Of a DNA stretch of 64,000 bases, positions 26,195-37,491 are shown one piece after another (position 1 is the stretch's first letter; every line of letters starts with the position of its first letter). The position numbers and the translations under genes are program-made. The notes beneath the pieces were generated by a model that saw only the letters and a list, made by a program, of their open reading frames with translations, did not search any database and had not been told where the DNA came from. The stretch comes from Macrostomum lignano (taxonomy: Eukaryota), in contig NIVC01002351.1 in the NCBI GenBank assembly GCA_002269645.1, positions 117,790 to 181,789 on the forward strand, given 5' to 3'.

Positions 26195-26864
26195 CAAAGA
26201 GTATTGAGGTCGCCTAGTAGAGTGCCAATAAGGATGAAAATCTGAAGCCGACTTTTAGAATCCACCCACCCCCTCCGGTCACCAAGCTTTTTAGTCTATG
26301 GCACAAGTTATGGCTAGAATGGTGCACAAAGCCGATGCTCAGAAATATAAGACATTTTACACTTAGAAAATGCATGTATCAAATAAGCAAGACAACATCG
26401 CTCAGTCACCAGACTCAGTTGCCGTCGTCGATACACAACTCCGTAACAGCCATGCCATATAGCCTTATCACTTATGCCTTTTGCTTTTCCCACTGCTGCA
26501 CCTTCACTCTGCTTGTTTATCACTTTGTTTTTTGTCTTTCCAACTCAGCTGCAAGAATCCTGCTCAACTTCTTTTCTCCTTACACAATGCAATCATCGTA
26601 CGTACGGTTACAGTATAGATACAGAAATAAAGTCTTGAGGACGTCTTAAGCATACATGGTATTCGTCCAGCTACTAGCTACTTGTATTTTTCTCATGCAC
26701 TCTATGTAAATTTCTGAGCATCGGCTTTGTACGCCATTCTAGCCACAACTTGTGCCATAGACTAAAAAGCTTGGTGACCGGAGGGGGTGGGTGGATTCTA
26801 AAAATCGGCTTCAGATTTTCATCCTTATTGGCACTCTATACTAGGCGACCTCAAATACTCTTTG
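26195..26864. mobile_element. Non-autonomous DNA transposon with ~160-bp TIRs (hAT/P-type 8-bp TSD)
   Basis: 26195-26355 is the near-perfect reverse complement of 26705-26864; termini CAAAGAG...CTCTTTG; perfect TSD CATACGAG (26187-26194, 26865-26872). Confidence 0.9.
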
Positions 26865-28610
26865 CATACGAGTAATTCTGTGTAAATTCCTTGGATGTGG
26901 GGAAGAAGCCCTCGCTATCTACCATAAACTAAGTTTCACTGCAACAGGCTAAATAAAAACGTTTCTGTAGTCTATGGCCGTGCCTAAGCGGGGAATGAAC
27001 TTTATTTAGCGTGTCTTGGTATGATATTAGCAAGGCTGCAAAAAAGTAAAAAACTGGACTCAAAATGAGAAGCAAACAACAGCATAAAAACAAAACAATT
27101 TTTGGTTGCAGAAAAAAATATAAAATTGTCGATAAAAATTCTGCAAGAACAATACACATTAGATTAAAAATGTGCTGCAAAATTTAAGAAATCATCACTT
27201 TTCGACAATAGCAATGTAATTATTCATATTTAATTTGTTGTACAACATAGCTAGCTGTACCGAAATATTAAATTCAACACATAGACACTTAATATTATAG
27301 ATATAAATATTTAGCTCAAGACACTAAGCGTAGGAAAGAAGCGATCCTTAGTTTAAAACACAGTTTAGAGCTAATTATAAAATTGATAATAGAAACGCCG
27401 ATACGGAAGCCAACAAAAGCAGTAAAACATAATTAAAATGATCTACTGGATTTGAAAATTGCTCTATAGGAAACACTTTTTACGATTATACTTGAATAGT
27501 GACTGGTTACAAGCAATTTAAGCACTAAAATATTACATGATTAATTCAATAATTAGAATTTTTATCGTCAATATTGCTTTGGTCGATTAAGAGCTCATTC
27601 ACACCGCCATTAAACAACGCCAAGTTTCATGTAATTACAAAATTTGTACATTGTACATTAACTCCTTCTCAACATCAGTCGTGGAGTGCCGGCCATAAAA
27701 CAGCGATGCTATCTACGAGCTAGTGCACGAGTGCTCAAGAGTCAGCGAAATGGGCCTTACAGTCTGTAGACACGAAATCACCGAAGGCGTTGCATTAGAG
27801 AGCCCACGATCCCTTTATTACAGTGAATGACTGTAAACGCTTCATTTATGACAATATGATGACGGTGTGAAAAAATTAAGGTGACAAGAAATCACTGTTT
27901 TAATAAATAAAGTACTAATGTTTAGCTATTGGTCATCATTGATTAAAACTCAAAATTCTTGATGCAGTGCTGCATAACTGCAATTTTTTATCGGTATAAA
28001 GTGGACAGGAACATCCAACCTGAACATAAACAAATGTACAATAACATCGATTCAAGGAGCACTGGGAGGCACACCCAGATACGGAGGTACTGAAGCCTGG
28101 GCGCCGCCAGAAGCGGCAGGATAGGCCGGCGGTGGTGCAGTCGGAGCCGCAGCTCCAGGAGCATAGACTGGACCTGCAGGATAGCCAGGCTGAGGGGCGC
28201 CAGGATATCCTGGACCCGATTGAGGCACACCGGGATACGGAGCACCAGGATATTGAGCTCCTCCTGGTTGAGTGCCAGGGTACGGAGCGCTTCCAGGAAT
28301 TCCGGCACCACCAGCAACTAACGGAGCGTCGTTGCGAACTCGAGGCGGACCAGCTCGAATTCCGCGACGCCTCATCCACTCGCACACCTGATTCGGAAGC
28401 TCCGCCAGTACCTCCTTCGCCAAGGCATACCTGCTGCGATCAATGCTGCCACCCTGAATGAAACGACGCAAAGGAACGAATTGGACGACATCTCTTTCGG
28501 CGATCATCGACCCGCAGCGAAGTCGTTTGTCGTCGGAGTCGAGCTCCTCCATCGCAGAGAAGTCCTCGTCTCCGACACCAACTATGATTATGGACATCGG
28601 TAGAGATGAC

Positions 28611-31600
28611 TGTGAAAACTCCACTTCGGGGGTAAGACCCCCCCCCAAAGGCAGAGAGCTTGTATTTAATATAGCTGGCCAACAATAAAGGTTGTCTGAC
28701 AAAGCGTAAGCCAATCACACGCGCGCGTGCAGGTGTACACCTGCACTGTACATTACACTGAGCGGAGCAACTAACTGAGCAGACCCACGCTACCACATCC
28801 CTCCCCATCTACATGGGGATCAGGGATCGCAAGAGAATACATTAGCGCAACACGTTATAGTGTGAGGAACAAAAACTCAATACATAACTTAATAATAAAT
28901 AATAATTAACCAGTACCAAAACTACGAAAACGCCAGATAGGAAAGCAACGACACAACAGAATAAGGAAAATAAACCATAACCATAACAAAGTTCAAAATC
29001 CAAATTTAAACGTCCGAACACTACAGTCAATCAAAATAGTCTCTTTCACAGATGACGTCACCCGTAGCTCAGGCGCTCCGGGGGACGTCGAACTCGCGAC
29101 GATCGGCGCAGAGACCCGTCGATCTCAGGGTCTCCAGGAGCAGCCAGGTTTGGCGGCTCGTCTACGGCCGGCATCGCAGCTTCCGGCTCAGGTGCGGCCT
29201 TGGCGTCGGTAGCACCGTCTGTCACGCCAGCTCCTGTAGGCCGCGGCTGCTCAGGACCACCGCGGACATGGTCAACGTGCCGCCGCACCACTCGGTCGTC
29301 GCCATCGAAGCCGCACAGGTAGGAGGCCGGACCGGCGGCACCGACAACTCGCGCCGGCTTCCACCGACCTCCGTTGGCTCCAAAGTCTCTGGCCAGTACA
29401 GCGTCTCCAGTCTCGAAGGTCCGGAACCGAGCTTTGCAGTCGTGGTGCTCTTTTTGCTGACCTTGCTTACGCTGTACTCTTGCTCCCAGGTCTGGCCGAG
29501 CTCGATCTAGCAACGTGCACAGTCGCCGTCCCATCAGGAGTTCGCAGGGAGCCACACCAGTTGTCGCATGCGGAGTGACCCGGTAGCTCAGCAGGAACCG
29601 GGCGACCTTATCCTCCAAGGAGCCTTCGCGCTGCTTCTCCAGGGACCGCTTCAGCGTCTGGACAGCTCGTTCCGCCAGGCCGTTGGACGCCGGATGGTAG
29701 GGAGCAACGCGCACGTGCTGAATGCCGTTCTTCCGCAGAAAGTCGGACATCTCCTCGCTGACCAAGTTGGGCCCATTGTCCGACACCAGCACATCTGGCA
29801 ACCCGTGCGTCGCGAAGCTGGAGCGGAGTTTCTGGATGGTCACAGCTGAGGTCGCTGACGTCACCACATGCACATCCAGCCACTTTGAATGGGCATCGAC
29901 GACGACCAGCAGCATCTTGCCAGACACCGGACCCGCATAGTCGATATGCACTCGAGACCACGGTCGGTCAGGCCACGGCCACGACAACATTGGCGAAGGC
30001 GCCGGGGCGTTCTGCAACTCCTGACAGTCAGAGCAGGCCTTGGCCAGGTTTTCAATCTCCGAGTCTAATCCTAGCCACCAGAAATAACCTCGGGCTAGCG
30101 TCTTCATGCGTGACGCCCCCGCATGACCTTGATGCAGCACCTGGAGCAGTGCAGCTCGCGCTCCGACCGGGACCACCACTCGAGCGCCCCACAGGAGGCA
30201 GCCGTCTTGCACACTGAGCTCAGCCGCTCTCTTGGAGTATGGCAGCAGATCGTCACTGACCCGCTCTGGCCAGCCGATTTGCGTGAAGTGCAGAGCTCGG
30301 GCTAGTGTGGGGTCCCTTCGAGTCAGGCCGCGTATCTGAGCTGCCGTGACAGGTCCATCGTCCAGGTGGTCCATCAGCATGACCAGCTCTGCCAGCTTCG
30401 GGACCGTCGCCGGCTTGTCGGGCAGCGGCAGGCGACTCAGGGCATCGGCGCACAGCAGTGAGGCTCCGGCTCGGTGAACCATGCGGTAGTTATAGCCAGA
30501 CAGCAGCAGAGCCCACCTCTGAATTCTTCCAGATGCCAGGGCCGGCACGGCCTTGTTCTCAGCAAGCAATCCAAGCAGAGGTTTGTGGTCACTCACCAGC
30601 AGAAATGGGCGGCCGAACAGGTACGCGTTGAACTTCTTGACCGCAAACACTACCGCGAGGGCTTCCTTCTCGAGCTGCGAGTAGTTTTTCTCAGCGTCGT
30701 GCAACGTACGCGAGGCAAAGGCCACAGGCCGGACAGCTCCATCGATCCTGTGGCTGATGACCGCGCCCAGACCGTAGGGGGACGCGTCGCACTCGAGCAG
30801 CAGGTCTTCGCTCGGGTCAAAGTGCGCCAAAACCGGAGCCGAAGACAGCAGGGCCTTGCACTTCTCGAAAGCGGCGTTCTGAGCAGCGCCCCAGTTCCAG
30901 CGGTGTTGCTCGCGCAGCAGCAGGTGCAGCGGTGCCAGGACTTGAGACAAATTAGGCAGGAACTTGCCATAGTAGTTCACCATGCCTAGGAAGCTGCGCA
31001 GCTGAGTTGCGTCCTTGGGAGCTGGAGCGCTGACAATCGCCTCGACCTTGTCTTTGATCGGGTGCAGGCCGTCGGCATCGATGCGGTGACCGAGATAACT
31101 GACGCTCGTCTGCATGAACTGGCACTTCTCCAGTTTGCACCGGAGGCCGCTCTGGCTCAGCTTCTCCAGAACCTGCTCCAGGGAGTTCAGATGACTGCTG
31201 TCGTCCTTTCCGGTGATGATGAGGTCATCGATGAAGCAGGCGGTGCTGGTGATTCCTTGCAGCAAGCAGTCCATCCGGCGCTGGAAAATCCCGACCGCTG
31301 GCGAGACACCGAAGGGCAGCCGCGTGTACCGAAGCAGCCCTTTGTGCGTATTGATCGTGCAGACTTCCTGGGAGGCCTCATCGAGTGGTAGCTGCATGTA
31401 CGCCTGCGACAAGTCGAGCTTAGTGAAGAGCCGCCCACCAGTCAGCTTCGCGAACAGCTCTTCGATCCGCGGCAGAGGATACGAGTCGGGCTCCACGTTC
31501 GGGTTGACGGTCTGCTTGAAGTCGGCGCAGACCCTCACAGAGCCGTCGGACTTGAGCACTGGCACCACCGGCGATGCGTACTCGGAGTGCTGCACGGGCA

Positions 31601-31887
31601 CCAGGATTCCTTGTTCGATCTCGCGGTTCAGTTGGCTCTCCACCTTGTCCTTCAAAGCGAATGGGAGATTCCTGGCCTTCATAAAGCGGGGTTGAGCATC
31701 GGGTTTCATATTCAAACTCACTGGCGGTCCGTTGTACTTTCCTAGCTCAGGCGAAAAAACATCGCTGTACTTGTCGAGCAGCTGCTGCAGTCTGGGCGAC
31801 ACCCCTGGAGCAGCCGCCACAGCCACTGTGGGCACTGTGAGCAGCCACTGAGCGGAGCAACTAACTGAGCAGACCCACGCTACCACA
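28611..31887 (-). mobile_element. Ty3/Gypsy LTR retrotransposon, internally deleted (no gag/protease, truncated 5' LTR)
   Basis: TG...CA termini; 5-bp TSD ATGAC (28606-28610, 31888-31892); complete 187-bp 3' LTR at 28611-28797; PPT AGATGGGGAGGGA at 28798-28810; only 42 bp of 5' LTR remain (31846-31887, identical to 28756-28797). Confidence 0.95.
29058..31845 (-). CDS. pol: Gypsy pol (RT-RNase H-integrase), open frame but no ATG start or upstream gag/PR
   Basis: RT: YPLPRIEELF, KLDLSQAYMQ, RLPFG, FIDD. RNase H: CDASPYGLGAV, DHKPL. Integrase: H-x3-H...C-x2-C, HIDYAGP, SDNGP, SNGLAERAV. RT-RH-IN order is the Gypsy order. Confidence 0.93.
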
Positions 31888-34757
31888 ATGACGCCTTGAT
31901 GATTGCCTGCTTCGTCTTCTCGAAGTCCGTGATGATTCCGTCAGTGATGATCAGCAGTACAAAGTACTGAGCTCCTGTCTGGTGAGCCGCAGCCATTGAC
32001 GCTACGTGGTTGATCACGGGCGAAAAGTTTGTCGGGCCGTACAGTCGCACCGCTCTGATGCAAGACCGATAGGCCGCGAGAAGACCTGGCATTCCTGCGC
32101 AGTACGGGTTTTCGGGCTGCAGAGTCAGCGAGAACGCATCCTGAACTCCCGAGAACATTGGAGGCAACAGAGCTCCGAAGCCCAGTCCGGGAAACTGCTT
32201 GTCTGAGTCGTAGTCCTGCACAATCTCTCCTACCGAAATTATCGCCAGCTCGTACTGGTTCGGTCGGCCGTCGGCGCTCACGTGGTGCAGCGAGCGAGGG
32301 TCTCTGGGGTCTCCGTTGCTGCCCGTGAAGTCGATTGCAACCGTGAAGTGCAGCTCAGTGCCGCCCTGAATGTAGTCGACGAACGAGTCGATGGTCTCGA
32401 TTCCGATCTGGCTGAACACGATGGTTCCAGCCGACTTTTTCTTCTTGTTGATGAGGGTTCGTTGGGCGGAGCGGCTCCGGGCCACCTCCTGCTCCAAGCT
32501 CTCCAGACTGCTGTAAAAGCTGCCGATAAAATCGTGCGACCCGTCGCTGTCGTAGTCGTGGCAGTCGAAGCGAAGTAGCAGCTGCCTGTTTCCGCGGCAC
32601 AAACGGTTCAGTGGAACCAAAAATTTGGCCCATCGCGGGTTCAAATTGTTCTTGATTACTTCGGTACGATGTACAAGTGTCCAATGTCGGACTTTATTGA
32701 CTTCATTTTCACTCGTAATTTCCTCCATTGGCTGATAAATTTCAAGGTAAGGATCGGATTTTCCAAGAAAGTCTTTTTTGTCAAGCTTTTTTCCTTCGGC
32801 AATGAAACTGACTATTTGTTTGCACTCTTGAAGCTCGAAACACGTGATTATAATTGTGGACTTCTTGTGTCCAGTTTTGGACAAAGTAGTTTCGAATCGA
32901 CGTCGGCTTACAAGCTCGCCGATCGAAGTCTCTAACTCGCCGAGAAAGTCGTGTTCAGACAGTCGAGCACTCGGACTGTCCAAGTCGTAAATTTGAAACT
33001 TCACCAGCTGACGCTCCTCGAACATGAAGTCGACAATGAACCGATGGCTGAATTCGGGATCAAGCGTGTTGTTCAGCTTTTCAGTTCTGCCGATTTCTTG
33101 AAAATTAGAAGTTCCCGGCTGGCGCAGGAACAGGACGCACTGGGGATCTGACTTGGAGGTGACGTCGCGGTCAGGCAGATTTCTGCAGGACACGCTGATC
33201 TCAACGCGACTGGTGAGGCTTGGGCCGGACATCTGGAACAAGTTAGTACCGATTAAACTCGATTCGGTTTAATACAGATTACCGCCCGTGTAATCAGTGT
33301 AGCTTTACTTTACTTGCATAGAAAAATGTCACCCTCATAATGCTACAATCGATGAGCAAAGTAAACATCCTGCCCTAAAATAGGTTTGCTGTTATCGTAC
33401 TTTACTCGTTCAGGATCTGAAGAATAAGATTATATGCCTATGCAAGAGGCCATTGGCAATGAACTAATCTTAGTAATTACGACCTAGTTCTAGATTAGGC
33501 ATGCAAACTTGGCTGGAGTTACTATTTTAGAAAGATTAACTGGAATGTTGTCAAGAAGCAGTAAATGATTTATTAACTAATAATTTTATCGTACTTTTGC
33601 ACAATTCCATAAGGAACAATTTAAATATTTGGAAAATCAGCACTTTTTGAATAAGCGAGATTTTTTTAGGCCTTGATCAAGTAATATAACGAAGCAAAAA
33701 TATAATGAATATACAATTTCAGCATTTAGCTTGACGGCAATGTCGGAATAGCAGACGTACCGGTAGGTATTCAAAACCAGTAAATATTAATTTCGTGGAT
33801 ACATGATTTAAAAACATACAATTGCGGCGAAATTGGATTGGCAAATAGTAGCAGTATAAATAGAGTGGGAAAAGTATTTTAATTAAAGTACAAAACAGTT
33901 CACGTCTTATCCGTCGGATGCATTAATCTTTTCTTGTGGAAAGCAAAAGCAGAATAACTATTTAGTAACAAGAATTATATTTTCATAACTACTGACGAGC
34001 AGCACTTTAAATTACGATTTCCAATAGCATTCTATGGAAAAATTAATAATTTCGATAATATTTTTATGTAAACTCGTAGTCACTGCTTGCTACGTAAGGA
34101 AAAATGATCTTTCTAACCCGTCAGACAGAAAATTAGGCTTTTTTATTGCCTATACTCAATACAAATTAAAGCCAGCTTAGATCATTAACAGCTAGCAGAA
34201 ACTCTGCCGATTACAATAGAAAACCAATTTGAATCTTTTTTAGGCATCTCAACTTTATGACAATTTGGTTAGAATGCATTCGAGTTGCTGATACTGGTAT
34301 AGAATTTCTATTCTTTTCAGTGTGGCCATATGTGACGACGTCGTTAGCATCTTAAATTTTTAGTTTCTATGTGAGTTTTTATTACTTAAAATTATTATAG
34401 TTGATTAATTTGCAGGTTCCCCAGCTATTAATTTAATGTAATTTATTTAGAAAAAATGTACTTAAGTTTTATTTATTTAAGTCCAAGTTATTACTACTTT
34501 TTTGATAGATATCTTAGGTTTAAATGAATCGGATTTCCCCGCCAATTTAAATTGTTGCCTCGCGCTCGTTTTGTACTCTCCTCAACTCGGCATTTTGTCT
34601 CGTACCATGCGTGTCAACACTACTAATAATTGAACTAGCTAACCAATAAATAAATACTAATAAATAATTAACAAATAATTAATTAATCGCTGACTACATC
34701 TCGAACTCGCTACGTCACACATAGATAAGTGAAACGAGCGGGGAATAATGTATCGGT

Positions 34758-34880
34758 ATTTATTCCCCACTACTCAGGCCTGGCCATAGACTATAGGAAT
34801 GTATTCCTTCGGCCTGGCGCAATAAAACTCCAATAAATATGTTTCTATAGTCTATGGCCGGGCCCAAGTGGGAAATAATA
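34758..34880. repeat. Short palindromic (MITE-like) repeat
   Basis: GGCCATAGACTATAG...CTATAGTCTATGGCC inverted repeat with outer TATTCCCCAC/GTGGGAAATA arms; the right half recurs at 26961-27000. Confidence 0.6.
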
Positions 34881-35352
34881 AATATTATAAGCTAGTATAT
34901 GCTACTTAAACGCACTATAGTTTTATTCAGAGGAAAAAACTGTCTATGGTTTAAGTGAGGGCTTCACCCTCACACCAAATACTGGCCCCACACCGACTGT
35001 CGCAATGGCAGTGTGACTTAGGCATAAATGTCTATGACACCATATTAATAGGATAGCCATAGCAACTCTTGACTCCAAAACAAAATGATAAAAAAATGAA
35101 AAAGCCATTAAAAGCTACAAATTCAATGCACATGGGTAGGCTGGATGATAAATAAGAGCATTAAAACAATACTGAAAAATCAACGCATCGAATTCCTTTA
35201 AACGAAATAAATTAAAGAGTAATTACAACAGCAGACGTATTGTTTTTTTAAATGAGGAGATTACAAGACAATTCAAGACAAATAGAGCTAGCCATCAATG
35301 TTTTATATCAAATTTATACAGCAGACAGCAAGACTCGCAAAAAATCGTCTGT

Positions 35353-37491
35353 TTAAGGAGCACTGGGCTGCGTCCCTCCGGCTACAGAGTAATTTTGAGC
35401 CAAGTGGCCATAGCCGGCTTGACGAGAGCTCACTTGAATACCGGGGTAATTTGCGGCGCCATACTGGCCTGGACCAGTAGGATATCCTCCAACATTTTGA
35501 TAAGCACCAGGATACCCTGCGCCACCAGTAGGAGCACCAGGATACCCTGCGCCACCCGTAGGGGCACCAGGATACCCTGCGCCACCCGTAGGGGCACCAG
35601 GATACCCTGCGCCACCCGCAGGGGCACCAGGATACCCTGCGCCACCCGTAGGGGCACCAGGATACCCTGCGCCACCCGCAGGGGCACCAGGATACCCTGC
35701 GCGACCCGCAGGGGCACCAGGATACCCTGCGCCACCCGCAGGGGCACCAGGATACACTGCGCCACCCGTAGGGACACCAGGATAAGAAGGAGCTGAAGCA
35801 GGAGAGCCATCAGTACCTGGTGCGGCAGTAAATGAGGATGGGGCAACAGGGCCTGACGCTGGAACATTTGAATCAGATCGCACTTTAGGCGGACCAGCTC
35901 GAATTCCGCGACGCCTCATCCACTCGCACACCTGATTCGGAAGCTCCGCCAGTACCTCCTTCGCCAAGGCATACCTGCTGCGATCAATGCTGCCACCCTG
36001 AATGAAGCGACGCAAAGGAACGAACTGAACAATGTCTCTCTCAGCGATCATCGAACCGCAGCGAAGTCGTTTGTCGTCGGAGTCGAGCTCCTCCATCGCA
36101 GAGAAGTCCTCGTCTCCGACACCAACTATGATTATGGACATCGGTAGAGATGACGCCTTGATGATTGCCTGCTTCGTCTTCTCGAAGTCCGTGATGATTC
36201 CGTCAGTGATGATCAGCAGTACAAAGTACTGAGCTCCTGTCTGGTGAGCCGCAGCCATTGACGCTACGTGGTTGATCACGGGCGAAAAGTTTGTCGGGCC
36301 GTACAGTCGCACCGCTCTGATGCAAGACCGATAGGCCGCGAGAAGACCTGGCATTCCTGCGCAGTACGGGTTTTCGGGCTGCAGAGTCAGCGAGAACGCA
36401 TCCTGAACTCCCGAGAACATTGGAGGCAACAGAGCTCCGAAGCCCAGTCCGGGAAACTGCTTGTCTGAGTCGTAGTCCTGCACAATCTCTCCTACCGAAA
36501 TTATCGCCAGCTCGTACTGGTTCGGTCGGCCGTCGGCGCTCACGTGGTGCAGCGAGCGAGGGTCTCTGGGGTCTCCGTTGCTGCCCGTGAAGTCGATTGC
36601 AACCGTGAAGTGCAGCTCAGTGCCGCCCTGAATGAAGTCGACGAACGAGTCGATGGTCTCGATTCCGATCTGGCTGAACACGATGGTTCCAGCCGACTTT
36701 TTCTTCTTGCTGATGAGGGTTCGTTGGGCGGAGCGGCTCCGGGCCACCTCCTGCTCCAAGCTCTCCAGGCTGCTGTAAAAGCTGCCGATAAAATCGTGCG
36801 ACCCGTCGCTGTCGTAGTCGTGGCAGTCGAAGCGAAGTAGCAGCTGCCTGTTTCCGCGGCACAAACGGTTCAGTGGAATCGAGAATGGAGCCCATTTTGG
36901 GTTTAAATTCTTTTTAATGAATTCGGTTCTGTGCACCAAGACCCAACTGCGAACTCTGGGTACTTCTGATTCAGTTTGTATTTCATCCATCGGCTGATAA
37001 ATCTCCAGAAAAGGGTCAGACTTGCCAAAGAAGTCTTTCTTGTCAAGTTTGACGCCTTCGACGCGAAAATTGGCAATTAGTTTGCACTCCTGAAGCTCCA
37101 AGCAGGTCAGTATAATGAGAGATTTTTTTGTACTGCCAGTCTTGGTCAAAGCCGCCTCGTACTGTCGCCGACTGACAAGTTCACCAACAGTGGTCTCAAG
37201 TTCGCCTAAAAAGTCATGGTCCTGCAGGGCTGCGCGCGAGCTGTCAACATCGTAGAGCCGAAAAATGACTACCTGTCTTTCCTCGAAGCAGAAGTCTACT
37301 TGAAACTTGTGATTGAATTGCGGGTTTAGGGTGTTCTGTATGCATTCAGTGCGACCAAATTCATGCGTTGATGTTGGCGTTTTCATGAACAGGACACACA
37401 TTGGATCAGATTTGGACATGACATCACGATCTGGCAAGTTCTTGCAAGAGACAATGATCTCCACCCTGCTAGTGAGCTGAGGAGCTGCCAT
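35353..37491 (-). CDS. CPNE: Copine paralog 3 (C2A-C2B-vWA, YPGAPxGGAG decapeptide repeat tail ending PSAP), intronless CDS, 712 aa
   Basis: Same copine motifs as paralog 1; a 30-bp coding repeat at ~35500-35790. Confidence 0.95.
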   Translation of the reverse strand: MAAPQLTSRVEIIVSCKNLPDRDVMSKSDPMCVLFMKTPTSTHEFGRTECIQNTLNPQFNHKFQVDFCFEERQVVIFRLYDVDSSRAALQDHDFLGELETTVGELVSRRQYEAALTKTGSTKKSLIILTCLELQECKLIANFRVEGVKLDKKDFFGKSDPFLEIYQPMDEIQTESEVPRVRSWVLVHRTEFIKKNLNPKWAPFSIPLNRLCRGNRQLLLRFDCHDYDSDGSHDFIGSFYSSLESLEQEVARSRSAQRTLISKKKKSAGTIVFSQIGIETIDSFVDFIQGGTELHFTVAIDFTGSNGDPRDPRSLHHVSADGRPNQYELAIISVGEIVQDYDSDKQFPGLGFGALLPPMFSGVQDAFSLTLQPENPYCAGMPGLLAAYRSCIRAVRLYGPTNFSPVINHVASMAAAHQTGAQYFVLLIITDGIITDFEKTKQAIIKASSLPMSIIIVGVGDEDFSAMEELDSDDKRLRCGSMIAERDIVQFVPLRRFIQGGSIDRSRYALAKEVLAELPNQVCEWMRRRGIRAGPPKVRSDSNVPASGPVAPSSFTAAPGTDGSPASAPSYPGVPTGGAVYPGAPAGGAGYPGAPAGRAGYPGAPAGGAGYPGAPTGGAGYPGAPAGGAGYPGAPTGGAGYPGAPTGGAGYPGAPTGGAGYPGAYQNVGGYPTGPGQYGAANYPGIQVSSRQAGYGHLAQNYSVAGGTQPSAP

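Larger units (their letters stand above)
28052..33232 (-). pseudogene. CPNE: Copine paralog 2, interrupted within the vWA domain by a Gypsy insertion
   Basis: N-part 33232-31888 (...AIIKAS) and C-part 28605-28052 (LPMSIIIVGVG...VPPSAP*). Removing the element and one TSD restores a 632-aa ORF. As it stands, the LTR supplies a stop two codons in (KASLW*). Confidence 0.92.
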
